Part shown: positions 18,817 to 29,800 of the stretch, in pieces
Position numbering within the stretch: position 1 is the stretch's first letter
Layout: each line of letters starts with the position of its first letter
Source: a virus
DNA: 64,000 nucleotides
Virus record (IMG/VR): IMGVR_UViG_3300009079_000021
Span: 4,907 to 68,906 of that record
Direction: 5' to 3' (one strand)
Translations under genes and position numbers: made by a program
The notes under the pieces: generated by a model
The model's database searches: none
What the model saw: only the letters and a program-made list of their open reading frames with translations
What the model was told of the DNA's origin: nothing

Positions 18817-21800
18817 TTATTGCTCCTCCCACGTAATAGCGGCATTAATTTCCGTTTCGGCAGCACTGCTGTCATATAATCTATTTACACTACCAACAAT
18901 GAAGAGATTTTCGATCTCATCAGTAAGTGGGAATGAAAGATAATCTTTGTTATAATCAAAGAATTGTTGTAACGGGAATTGTTCTCCACTATTAGAAGGA
19001 GTGAATAATGTTGTAATTACTTGTCCTGTTCCTGGAATTGGAGTTCTCTGCTCATCACTGACTGCAATAGCAGATAATGATGTTAAAGGATCAGAAGTTG
19101 GAACGATAGTACTACCATCCAAACCACCTGCCTGGGGATTTGGTTCTCTAAACTCACCTGCTTTTAAGAAATCTCCAAAAATTACAATGTTTGCACTGAA
19201 CTTATCATTAGTACTGAATAGATATGTGCCACTTGCATTTCTTTGAAGTAATCCAAACACTGTAAATATATTTCCATTATCTCCTTCATAGTAAGCACGG
19301 AAGTAACCATATGTAGAAGTTAAATTTTCAAGATATGGTTTAGATGTTCCAGGAATATTAGCACCAGCAAGTTCAGTTGCTCTACCAATAGATCCTACAG
19401 TAAGTCCATTACCATTAGTGTAAAGTGTTTGGAAATCACCATCAGAACCACCAGTTCCAGCATTGAGGTCTGGAGTTGTAGCACTTTTGGTCTGGAATAA
19501 AGGAGTTTTGATTAACTTAATCGTAGCAGGTTGATTTGAGTTACCAATAGACAATCTTGTAGGATATACCTGAATTCTATTTCTAACACCATTGACTTTA
19601 GATCTACAGTTTAAACCAACTAAAATATTAGGACGATCAAGAACCATAAAGAAGTTACCTGATTGTGCTGCAGAAATTGGTTTGCTTAAATAAATCTTAT
19701 TACCATTCACCCATGCTACCTTGACATTTGGTTCTCTGTTAGGTGTAACAATAGTTGCACCCATATAGAATGTAGGGTCAATTACTGTAGGTCCATTAGT
19801 ACTTGTTGCACCAGTAATATCGAGATATGGGAATGGATCAGAAGTATCTCCACCATCTCCATTATTCTCAGTAGTTTGAATGTTAAACCTCAATCTAGAA
19901 CCATATACATCAGATGAATCTGATGTTGCATAGTTAAACAAACGAACAGTGCCACGGTCACCACCATCAATGTAGTATGAAGCACCATACTTAACAAGGA
20001 ATTCTGAGTAAGAATTAGAATAACCAACAGTGTTATCTGTTCTTGTATCATTCTTATACCCATATGAATATTGAGTACCACCACCGTATACGTAATAGGA
20101 GATAGGTAGCGTCGGATTGCCCAGGGAAGCGACCTTTAACTGGTTCGATGCCCTCAGATGGTGTACACGTACCCAACGTGCCTCTCCAGAGTCCAGAGGG
20201 ACGTATGCAAGGAATAGAGCACCAACAGCACCATACCATGAGAATTCAATCTTATACATGGTAACGTTCTCAGGATTGAGATTCCAACTAGATGCAGAAG
20301 ATAAATCACTACCAGTACTTACATCTCTTACTGGTTGTCCTGGGAAATTTTGAGAACCTTGTGAATATACAACGTCAGAATAAAGAACATCTGTACCCAG
20401 TGCATCTGTACCTTCGGCAAGACCATGAACTTTTTCACCAGAGAATCTAGAACGTGGTACTCTATACTCATATACACCCCAGTGTGCTGGTTTGACATGA
20501 TTGTAAACCCATTCTTTCAGTAGTTTATTATTAACATCATCAATTTGTTTTCTAATTGCATCAGCATTTGCTGAATTATTAAGAGGGATATCTGTGGAAA
20601 CATATCCAATCTGATCTCCAACTAATGTGCCGTATCTATACCTATATGGGAAACATCCATATGGATTTAAACTAGTAATTGATTGAGGATCGCTATCAGT
20701 AGTTCCTGCATACTTAAAGTTTTTAGTATTGGGAAGAATGAATGGGGCAGGAGTTTTTACATATGGAGTGTTCTTCTTAAATGCAATACAATTAGCATCA
20801 GATCTTACAAATCTATGGGTGCTAGTGTCAGTAGATGGTACGTTTGCAAGAACCTGAACGGTAAAGTCATCATCATTTACGCGAGTAATTGGAATCCACT
20901 TGCCACTAACTGGGTCAGGTGATCTAGTATTTTGGGTTGCATTACCATTAGGATCAGCAGTACCGTCAAGATTATTGTTAAATGATCTTGGATATCTGTG
21001 CTCTGTGTTATGATTATCTTGATTACATGTAAAGACCAAAGAGTAATCATCAATCTTAATTAAATCACCTGTCTCTAAAGCATGACCATTAACAGTAATC
21101 TGCATAACACCACTGGTTGGATTATATACAATACCACCACCAGAACCATCACCAGTTACTTCATTAACTGTACCACTATCCGTCTCCAAACCTGCAGTTT
21201 GGTCTGGAGTTAATTTAAATGAAACTCTAGAACCACTACTCATCTCAATTGGAGTGATCTGTCTAGAGTCATAAATGTCTGCAACAGGTTGAATAAAATT
21301 ATTGGTATCTCCTTTTGCTGCTCTGGTCAGTTTAATGCGGGAACCAAGAACGCTAGACACATAGTAGATACCACCATCAACTACTGAGTTTTCAACATTA
21401 CTATTAGTACCAAATGTATTGTCTAGTTCTTGATCAGCTTGTTGCTTATTCTTATAAAGATAAATTCCAGATCCTTTTCTTAGACCCAATGATGTACATC
21501 TGCCGGTAAATGCAGATCCACTAGTACCACCCGTAAGGTCTGCATGAAAATGTACAACTGTAGATGTCTTTAGTGTAAACTGGAAAGTGTTACTTGTTAC
21601 ATTTTCAATTGGGAATGTATCTTCATCATCCTTTGCGGGATAAATTTTTGGTTTTGGATTATATGAACACTGAGTTTCAATACCAGATAGATGAATTCTA
21701 TCATTCGCACCAATATTGTTTGTCCCTGTCGTTGTAATAAATGCGTATCCAAAATCATTACTGGTTGAATCAACAATGTAGTTAAAACCAGTGATGCTAA

Positions 21801-23475
21801 AAGAATCAGAAGAACCATCATCAGGAATATTATCATTTAAGTATTGCTTAATTTGTCCACCAGTGTTATAGGTGTTAGTTGCAGGATCAATACCAGAAAC
21901 TGCTTGCTTACCAATCTGCAGTTGAATGGTTCTAGCATCAATTCTTCTTCTTACATAGAATACATCTGGGTCAAATGATTCAGGGAATGAAGTTTTTCCA
22001 CTTCCGTTGAGTGTTACCGCATTATTGATTTGTACTCTTGTTCCTTCTAATGCCCAGGTAACATCACTCGAAAAAGTTACCGTAGCAACTCCAGTGATAC
22101 CATTATATTCCCATCCAACAATATCAGTCGTATTATCAACATTAAGATTAACTTTCTTTACTATACCAGTGTTTAAATTGTATGCATCGGAAACGTTAAA
22201 TCCTTCAAAGTTATCATCACCATATGGACTTGATGGATTATCATAGAATGATTTACCTACAAATACTTTAAGAGTGTTAGTTGATTTAGATGTTACTCTA
22301 AAAAGTGTCTGGGCATACTTGTTAGGATACAGTTTAGCACCAGTATTACATTTAAGTAAAATATCCTTTAAAGTGACACTATCACCCTCTACAAATCCAT
22401 GATCACTAGTTGTGGTTACTTGACATACACCAGTAGTATTGTTATATGAAAAATCCTTGATATGCTTTTCATAAGGATCTAGAAGAATTTCTTCATCATC
22501 AGTGCCATTTTGATCTGAACCATCAGTACCACCCTGAGCAGAAATATAAATATCCCTCTTCTCTTTCAGAAGAGATTGATCAAACAAACCTCCATGAATG
22601 TTTAATAGACCGTCACGAAAGATAACTGCATCACCATGATAATCATAGAAGTCACCAGCAACCTCCATATTTCCATAATCTTCATATTGCTTATTGCCAA
22701 ACTGTCTTGCATTTGTAATAATATCAGGATCATAAAAATAAGTTTTATTCTTCTGCCTAATCAATGATTGTGTTCTTCTTACACAGCAGAAATTATCACC
22801 ACGACCTTCATTAATACTCTCATAATAGTATCCATCAAATTTATCAAATACACCATACTTCTTAACTGATGGATTTAATACTTGAACGTTATGTCCTGCA
22901 AGTAAATAAGATACACCATTATCCTGAATAGCACCATTAGGAAAATATGTTGCACTGATTGTTCTAGCAGTGGTATATGGAGCACGACCAAATTTAACAC
23001 CAAAAGTACCAGCAGATACACGACCTGGTTGATACCTAAAGAATCTCTTAGACGTTAAAATGGAATGTTCGTTTGCTGGTGCTTCAACAAGAGCACCTGC
23101 TTCTGCAGGAACATGACCAAGACCCCAGTCCTGTGATCCTGGGAATCCTGTATATTCATTTCTTAATGATCCAGTTCCACCGGCAGGTAAAGTAATTGTT
23201 TGTTCAGGAACTGAAGTCCATTCCGATGGGTTAACATCATAAGTGTTAACATCAGCAAAGATACCTAGAGCAACTTCAGATCTTGGAATGCCAAGTAATG
23301 ATAGTGCAACTTCTGATTGTTGTTTATTCTGTTCCTCGACAGGAATTGCTTCCTGGTCACTAGCGATAACAACCGGAATAGATTTTTCTGCCGGTTGTTG
23401 TCCAGTAGGAACTGGAGCAGTTCTGCCGACAACTACGACGGCAGAGTTATTGTTTACATTTGTATTTGTTGCCAT
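18817..23475 (-). CDS. large virion structural protein, paralog of 13564..18813
   Basis: 1552 aa; FRYQPGR, MYKIEFSWYGA and KYGASYYIDGGD motifs; inserted repeated beta domains. Confidence 0.75.
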   Translation of the reverse strand: MATNTNVNNNSAVVVVGRTAPVPTGQQPAEKSIPVVIASDQEAIPVEEQNKQQSEVALSLLGIPRSEVALGIFADVNTYDVNPSEWTSVPEQTITLPAGGTGSLRNEYTGFPGSQDWGLGHVPAEAGALVEAPANEHSILTSKRFFRYQPGRVSAGTFGVKFGRAPYTTARTISATYFPNGAIQDNGVSYLLAGHNVQVLNPSVKKYGVFDKFDGYYYESINEGRGDNFCCVRRTQSLIRQKNKTYFYDPDIITNARQFGNKQYEDYGNMEVAGDFYDYHGDAVIFRDGLLNIHGGLFDQSLLKEKRDIYISAQGGTDGSDQNGTDDEEILLDPYEKHIKDFSYNNTTGVCQVTTTSDHGFVEGDSVTLKDILLKCNTGAKLYPNKYAQTLFRVTSKSTNTLKVFVGKSFYDNPSSPYGDDNFEGFNVSDAYNLNTGIVKKVNLNVDNTTDIVGWEYNGITGVATVTFSSDVTWALEGTRVQINNAVTLNGSGKTSFPESFDPDVFYVRRRIDARTIQLQIGKQAVSGIDPATNTYNTGGQIKQYLNDNIPDDGSSDSFSITGFNYIVDSTSNDFGYAFITTTGTNNIGANDRIHLSGIETQCSYNPKPKIYPAKDDEDTFPIENVTSNTFQFTLKTSTVVHFHADLTGGTSGSAFTGRCTSLGLRKGSGIYLYKNKQQADQELDNTFGTNSNVENSVVDGGIYYVSSVLGSRIKLTRAAKGDTNNFIQPVADIYDSRQITPIEMSSGSRVSFKLTPDQTAGLETDSGTVNEVTGDGSGGGIVYNPTSGVMQITVNGHALETGDLIKIDDYSLVFTCNQDNHNTEHRYPRSFNNNLDGTADPNGNATQNTRSPDPVSGKWIPITRVNDDDFTVQVLANVPSTDTSTHRFVRSDANCIAFKKNTPYVKTPAPFILPNTKNFKYAGTTDSDPQSITSLNPYGCFPYRYRYGTLVGDQIGYVSTDIPLNNSANADAIRKQIDDVNNKLLKEWVYNHVKPAHWGVYEYRVPRSRFSGEKVHGLAEGTDALGTDVLYSDVVYSQGSQNFPGQPVRDVSTGSDLSSASSWNLNPENVTMYKIEFSWYGAVGALFLAYVPLDSGEARWVRVHHLRASNQLKVASLGNPTLPISYYVYGGGTQYSYGYKNDTRTDNTVGYSNSYSEFLVKYGASYYIDGGDRGTVRLFNYATSDSSDVYGSRLRFNIQTTENNGDGGDTSDPFPYLDITGATSTNGPTVIDPTFYMGATIVTPNREPNVKVAWVNGNKIYLSKPISAAQSGNFFMVLDRPNILVGLNCRSKVNGVRNRIQVYPTRLSIGNSNQPATIKLIKTPLFQTKSATTPDLNAGTGGSDGDFQTLYTNGNGLTVGSIGRATELAGANIPGTSKPYLENLTSTYGYFRAYYEGDNGNIFTVFGLLQRNASGTYLFSTNDKFSANIVIFGDFLKAGEFREPNPQAGGLDGSTIVPTSDPLTSLSAIAVSDEQRTPIPGTGQVITTLFTPSNSGEQFPLQQFFDYNKDYLSFPLTDEIENLFIVGSVNRLYDSSAAETEINAAITWEEQ

Positions 23476-23478
23476 GTG

Positions 23479-26400
23479 TTACTCTACTCCGATGATGCCC
23501 TTGGCGATAGTGTATGTACGTTTCTTCTTTATATATCCAGTAGCGTTAGGGTCAATTGTAATTGGACCACCATTGTTATTGGCATTGTATGTATTAAAAT
23601 CAGTGCTAAACAATACCATATGCCATGCTTGATTTATAAAGATAGTATTACGAATTTCGAGATCTGAAGGTAAACTGTAACCAGTCAAAGGATCATGCTC
23701 TTGTAAGGTTACAATATCTCCTCTTGTAAATTCAGCAATTGTATCAGATGTTACTTTGATAGTATATTGCTGAGATGGTTGGTCATAACTGACAACCCCG
23801 GTAATATTATAATTATCGGGTTCACCAATATTTATTTCCTCTTCAGCATTAACATAATAAATTATGTAGTTATAGTTGATACCAACATTACCAGCAATGC
23901 TTCTATAAGGAATTGATGCTAATGTATTTGCATTGCCTGGAATTTGTATCTGAACTCCTCCATTTAATGCATCATAAACTTGAACTTCAAGAACAGATCT
24001 TGGAATTCCACCACTAACATATGTTAATGGTGAAGGTGCTAAAGTTTCATTACCATTATTATCAACCGTTACAGTATACACAAAAGAATTAAATGTTGTA
24101 CTGGTAAAGTTCTTAACAACATTTTCCTCAACATAAGTAAATTTAACAGGACCATTAGAACCAGTTCCTGTTGTCTTATAGCACTTAAGATTAATACTGC
24201 TAAAATCAGAGTCATAAATGTCAGTGGTTGGAATCCACTCATCATCAGGACCAAGAATTAAGTTATTTTCAGTATTAGCACTTCTAGTACCAAAAATTCT
24301 AAGTCCTGTACCACAATTTCTAATGATGCAAGAATTGAATGCAACAACTTCTGTTGTCGTAATATCTACAGGACCAGGATTATTAATAAATGCACTATCA
24401 GATACTTTTAAAATAATAGTATCTGTTGCTTGCAATGGATTATCGGAAGTTCTATATGTAATTGAATTATCACTAACAAAACAATTTTGAATAGAAACTC
24501 TTTCACTATTTGCTACCCATACACCATCACCAAGTGAACGTTTTATATCTATAGCAGATAACGATAAATTCTTAATTCCATCTGCATATACTAAAGCATT
24601 ACTATCAGGAGATCCACTGTTCCCTAATCTAATATTATTAGAATAATTGCCATCGACGACTATGTTTTGAATAGTAATATTCTCAACAGGTTGAGAAAGT
24701 GTTTCAGATGGGTTACCCGAAATATTTGATCCTTTTCTTAACCATAATGCTGCATATAATCTACTACTTTCACCACTAGATACTCTCTGTCTATTAGTAT
24801 CAAAGAATTGCTTTTTAATAATCGTAGATTTACCTGCACCATTGAGAGAGAAATTTGAAGGAATTTCTAATCTCTTGACTAAGTAAGTGCCACCAGTTAA
24901 GTAAAGTGAATCTAATCCTTTGTCAATAACATCAGCAATAACAGTTTGAATTGCTAATGTATCATCATGTACAAATTGTACTCCACCACCAGAAAGATCA
25001 ATATTACTAGTCAATGATGTATCTACTGCATCATAAAGTGGAGTTCCAGTTGGAGCAAGAGTTACTTGCTTAGTAATATAATCTATAGAATCTACAACTC
25101 TTTCAATAAATCCAGGAATTGCTCTTGCAGAGGGAACTGCACTCGGAACAACAGTAGTAGGGAATGATTTAAGTGGGAGAAACTTACTATTAATAGTTGC
25201 ATCAGAATTTAATTCTCCCCATACACATCTATCATATGGTCCATAATCTTTATATGTAATAGGACCTAAATTAATATCAGAACCGATATCTCGTTGAGAA
25301 AGAATAGAAATCAGGTTTATATTACCATTATGAACCGATGGTGCGAGGTTATTATCTTCAGAATCTGTTACAACAGTATTAATATTATTATGATATCTGT
25401 AAATTAAGATAGAATGATTAGCATCGGGTCTAAAAACAACTACACTATTAAATCTCTGCTCATTGAATGAATCTAGAGGGAAGTTCCCAATTACATTTGG
25501 AGTTGTACCAGAACCAGCATGTTTTAGTTGATGGAATGAAGAAATTACTCCAGTATTTACATTCATAATACGTGCATAGTATGTGTATTGCACACCACCA
25601 CCAGTACCACCTACCGCACTAGTTACCTGTGAACTTTGATCAATACTATCTGTCCACTGATTGTAAATAGTAGAGGAATCAGAATTTGTATAATCATATT
25701 GTGTAATATTTCTAGTGTTTATACCAAACACTTTAATAGTTTGACCAATTCTCCATGTGCCAATATTTTGTTCAACTGTATCACCATCTAAGAAATCATC
25801 AGCAGTCAGGTTTAGTTTTCCATCACCATCAATAGCAATACCAGTTGTTCTATAAATTGTACTATCACCAGAAACACCAAAGGCAGCAAGGTTGTTAACA
25901 TCACCAGTATTTTGGGTGAAATACTCAAGTGCAGTACCTGCTTCATTAACTCTCAGTAACTGTTCTGGAAGACCGCCAGTTGAAATACCAGTACCACCCT
26001 TATTAAGTGGAATAGTAGGAAGATCTGTCGTTTGAAGATTTTGATAACTTAGAGCACGAATCGATCCACCAACATCTAACATTGCCTGAGGATCAGCAAC
26101 GTTAACACCTACTCTATTCTCGTTGTCTGGATATGCCTGACTAAATCCATTAACTGATCTTACATGAATTACATCATCACCACCACTTTTAATCTTAATA
26201 ACATTCTCAGAACCACCAACTGTTAAAGATCCATCTGGGGGAGAATAACCTAAGATATCAGAATAATTTGCCTCTGCAGTGAGAATCTTAACTACATTAG
26301 CACCAAGAGAAATCTGAGTACCAGAACTTGTATTAGTTAATGATAATAAAGAAGCACTATTAACAGAGAATTGCAAAGTTTCAGGTGTTCCTACTCTAGA

Positions 26401-26775
26401 AATACCTGTAGAATTACCATCCCCGAAATAAATTGACGGTAAGATTACTGTACCATCGTTAACTTTTAACCTAGGTGTGCTAACTTGTGTAGAATTATCT
26501 GATAACGTAATATCACCAGACGTTAATGATATTCCACCTACCCCAATATCTAAAGCATTTAAATCATTTGAAGGAGCATTCAGTGTTAATTTATTTCCAC
26601 TCGCACTGAAATAATTTGCTCCTGAACCAACCCTAATATTTAAGGTGGACTCTAGTGTGATTGGTTGATTGCCAGTGTCAGGAGTTCCAGTTGCGTTTAA
26701 ATATTGGGTATCAAATTTACCCTCAGTTATAGTGGAATCCTTAATAACACTTGACGTAATTCTAGTTAATGCCAT
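23479..26775 (-). CDS. tailspike/fibre-like protein with right-handed beta-helix (pectate-lyase-like) domain
   Basis: 1098 aa; HDDTLAIQ...LYLTGGTYLV...LNGAGKSTII start motif followed by beta-helix repeats. Confidence 0.75.
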   Translation of the reverse strand: MALTRITSSVIKDSTITEGKFDTQYLNATGTPDTGNQPITLESTLNIRVGSGANYFSASGNKLTLNAPSNDLNALDIGVGGISLTSGDITLSDNSTQVSTPRLKVNDGTVILPSIYFGDGNSTGISRVGTPETLQFSVNSASLLSLTNTSSGTQISLGANVVKILTAEANYSDILGYSPPDGSLTVGGSENVIKIKSGGDDVIHVRSVNGFSQAYPDNENRVGVNVADPQAMLDVGGSIRALSYQNLQTTDLPTIPLNKGGTGISTGGLPEQLLRVNEAGTALEYFTQNTGDVNNLAAFGVSGDSTIYRTTGIAIDGDGKLNLTADDFLDGDTVEQNIGTWRIGQTIKVFGINTRNITQYDYTNSDSSTIYNQWTDSIDQSSQVTSAVGGTGGGVQYTYYARIMNVNTGVISSFHQLKHAGSGTTPNVIGNFPLDSFNEQRFNSVVVFRPDANHSILIYRYHNNINTVVTDSEDNNLAPSVHNGNINLISILSQRDIGSDINLGPITYKDYGPYDRCVWGELNSDATINSKFLPLKSFPTTVVPSAVPSARAIPGFIERVVDSIDYITKQVTLAPTGTPLYDAVDTSLTSNIDLSGGGVQFVHDDTLAIQTVIADVIDKGLDSLYLTGGTYLVKRLEIPSNFSLNGAGKSTIIKKQFFDTNRQRVSSGESSRLYAALWLRKGSNISGNPSETLSQPVENITIQNIVVDGNYSNNIRLGNSGSPDSNALVYADGIKNLSLSAIDIKRSLGDGVWVANSERVSIQNCFVSDNSITYRTSDNPLQATDTIILKVSDSAFINNPGPVDITTTEVVAFNSCIIRNCGTGLRIFGTRSANTENNLILGPDDEWIPTTDIYDSDFSSINLKCYKTTGTGSNGPVKFTYVEENVVKNFTSTTFNSFVYTVTVDNNGNETLAPSPLTYVSGGIPRSVLEVQVYDALNGGVQIQIPGNANTLASIPYRSIAGNVGINYNYIIYYVNAEEEINIGEPDNYNITGVVSYDQPSQQYTIKVTSDTIAEFTRGDIVTLQEHDPLTGYSLPSDLEIRNTIFINQAWHMVLFSTDFNTYNANNNGGPITIDPNATGYIKKKRTYTIAKGIIGVE

Positions 26776-26797
26776 TCTGTGCTTTTACCCTATGTTT

Positions 26798-26804
26798 TAT
26801 TTAT
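26798..26804 (-). promoter_or_regulatory. late promoter ATAAATA
   Basis: In the gap upstream of the 1098-aa gene. Confidence 0.5.
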
Positions 26805-29800
26805 TAGTTAGCGAGACAGCGAATGTCAATTCTACCATCAACTGCAATAGAACCATTAAAGTATAAGTATGTGCCATCAAAATGATAATCAAAATATGGT
26901 TGCTGAATTACTCCATTAACATAAACTATCATACTTCTAGTATTAAAATCGGCAAGATTACCAATTCCACCAACATCAGCATCTCTTGCTGATCCACTTA
27001 CATGAGGAGTATCAACAGATGCACCATAATAAAGAAAGTCCACTAACTGATTAGTCATCCTATGACCAAAGGAACGAGTAATTACACCATTTGAACCACT
27101 TACTTGAGTACTACCCTGATAAACAGCAACGTCAATAGTTAACTGAGAACCAGCACCAAGAGTAGTTATAGTATCTTGGTTGTTGGTAGTATTCGCAACG
27201 CTCTTAATTAAAATTGTTGTTGAGAATGCTTTCTTAGACAATCCATAAGATGCACCAACAGGGATGTTAACATTACCAACTTTATCAACGTTGAATACGC
27301 TATTGCCACCTACTTTAGCATCGATAATTCTAGATTCAGGTGCTCCTACTGGTGCTCCTGCAATATCAATTTCAAGTGGTCTATATTCTAGAGTAGATCC
27401 TGACCAAGTTTGAGAAATATGCAATCTAGATTGCTTACTGACACTAATACCTGGTTGACTTCCAGTAAGTCCTACACCAATATCAAGATTTGTACCAATT
27501 CTTTGGTTAGTAGTTACATCTAAATCATAATTTGTATTGATATTAGCAATGCCAATGTCAGAACCAATATTTAAGGTATAATTACTTCCATCCTTATAAC
27601 TATGAATCTTCTCAACACCGATAATTCCCTGCTCTCTCCACTCATTATCTTCAGTGTAAATCCAACCACGGTTACCACCATTCAGTGGATTAGTATTTAA
27701 TACGGTATCACCCAATATATTGCTAGTAAGAGCATCAACAGAATCACGGTTAATAATTTTAGTTACAATACCATCAGGATTTCTAATCTTAATAGCACTG
27801 AAGAAATTATCTTCAGAATCAAACGTAGTGTCTTTGAGGAACGTTACAGGACCCTGGAATGTAGAAGTAATAGTATTACCAGAACCACCAATTACAGTGA
27901 GGTTATCCTTAAGAGTCAAAGAGTTAAGTTCACTGATTTCATTACTGGTAGTTTTACCCGTAACAGCATTGATGACAGTGTTACCAATATAAAGATCACC
28001 CTGAGAGTTAAGACCTGAATAGAATGCAATACCACCCTGCTCTTTAAGTGACTGCGAGTACTTAACTTCAGCATTAGTAAGTACTTTATTTTGTTTGATT
28101 GGGAAAGCAGTAGAATAGTTACCAGGACCAAAACCAACATATTCAAATGTATGATTACCTGATCTAATGGTAGATGGTCTACGAAGTTCTACCTCAATTG
28201 CATCCGTGGGTCTTCGTGGATTAATTGGAATCTTTCTAACTTCACCAGTACCAATACCAGTTTGTATGTTTGTGCTGATTAAATCATGTGCCTCAGAATT
28301 ACCATTAACAATGTAACTATGATCAACACTAGATGATGCACTTAATTTACCTGACCAATCCCACTCAAGTTCATTATTTAAATATTCATCAAAGAAGTAA
28401 GAAAGAGATTCTTTAGTAATACTGAATGAATTATTTAAAGATTGATCATTATTGTCTAATCCATTAGTAGTGTTAACAACACCAATTGTAATTGGATCTG
28501 CAATAGAATCTGCAATAATTGGATCATTTATAATATTATTAATATCAATTTCTGGATAGATATTATCAATATTCTGACTAAGTTTGAAGGTATTTCCAGG
28601 AAGAACGTTTGTACTTACTGGAATAGAACCCTTAAGAACAGTTAAGTAGTAAACACCAGGAACTTCTGGTATTGTTGTCGTTGCTTTTTTAAATGGAGTT
28701 ACTTCTTCAACTTCATAAACATAGTAAACATCATTATAATCATGACCAGAAATTCTATTGTATTTTATATCTTCATCTGCAGGAGTTGTTGAAGTAATGC
28801 TATTAAGATTACCCGGAGTTGTATCACTTCCAAGTGCCTGTACAATAATATCAACTAAAGTAAATGCAGCATCTCTTACATTAGTACAACCACCAAATAC
28901 ATTAATTAGTTGCTCCTCACTAGAAATTGTTTGAGGATTAATAACATTTGGAAGACCGTAGTTATTAGAGTTATTACCACTGGTATTATTATTTTCAATG
29001 CTTCCAATAGATGGAGTATTTACTGGACTACCAGTAACACCATTGTTAATAACATATGTCATTAACTGCTTGAGATAGTTGTCAAGAATATTTACTGTCT
29101 CATCTCTTTCACCTTGAATACCATTAGCACCAGCACCTGTTCCAGTAATGTAATTGTTTGCTGCTGAAAAAACTTGATCGTTTCCACCATAACGTAAGTT
29201 ATATGCAACTGCCTCAATAATATTAACTAAGTCATCAATACATGACAATCTTTCGCTTGCAAGATTAAGTTCACTGTTACCAACATTGTCGTTAATCCAT
29301 CTTGCAACTGCCTCATGTGCAAGGAAATACTTATTAAGCAGCAGGAGGTTTGCACCATCAGTAAATCTATCACCCCTTCCAAGAATATCTTGACCTCTCT
29401 TAACTTGGAGAACATAACCTCGTTGTGGGAATGAAGGTGACGGATCGGTTGGAGATCCACTTACCGATTGTGTTACATAGCGCAATCTATAAATCTTATC
29501 ATCATCAACTCTTTCATCAACAATTCTCTTAATATATGATGTAGGCGTGACCTCAATTTTATTTAAACCATACTTAGTATTACCATTAATAGCAGTGTAA
29601 ATTTGATTTGTTGAACTATCTACATTAATATACCATCCACCTGCTGTATTTGTTTGGGGGTTGGTAGAATCATAATCAAAAACATTTCCTAGTGAAGGAG
29701 TAATTTCTGCATATCTTTCACTGGTGGCAGTTGCACTTGAAGTTTCATATAAAGGCACATAAATATTATCCTTAATAGTAGATCCATCTTTATCAAGAAC

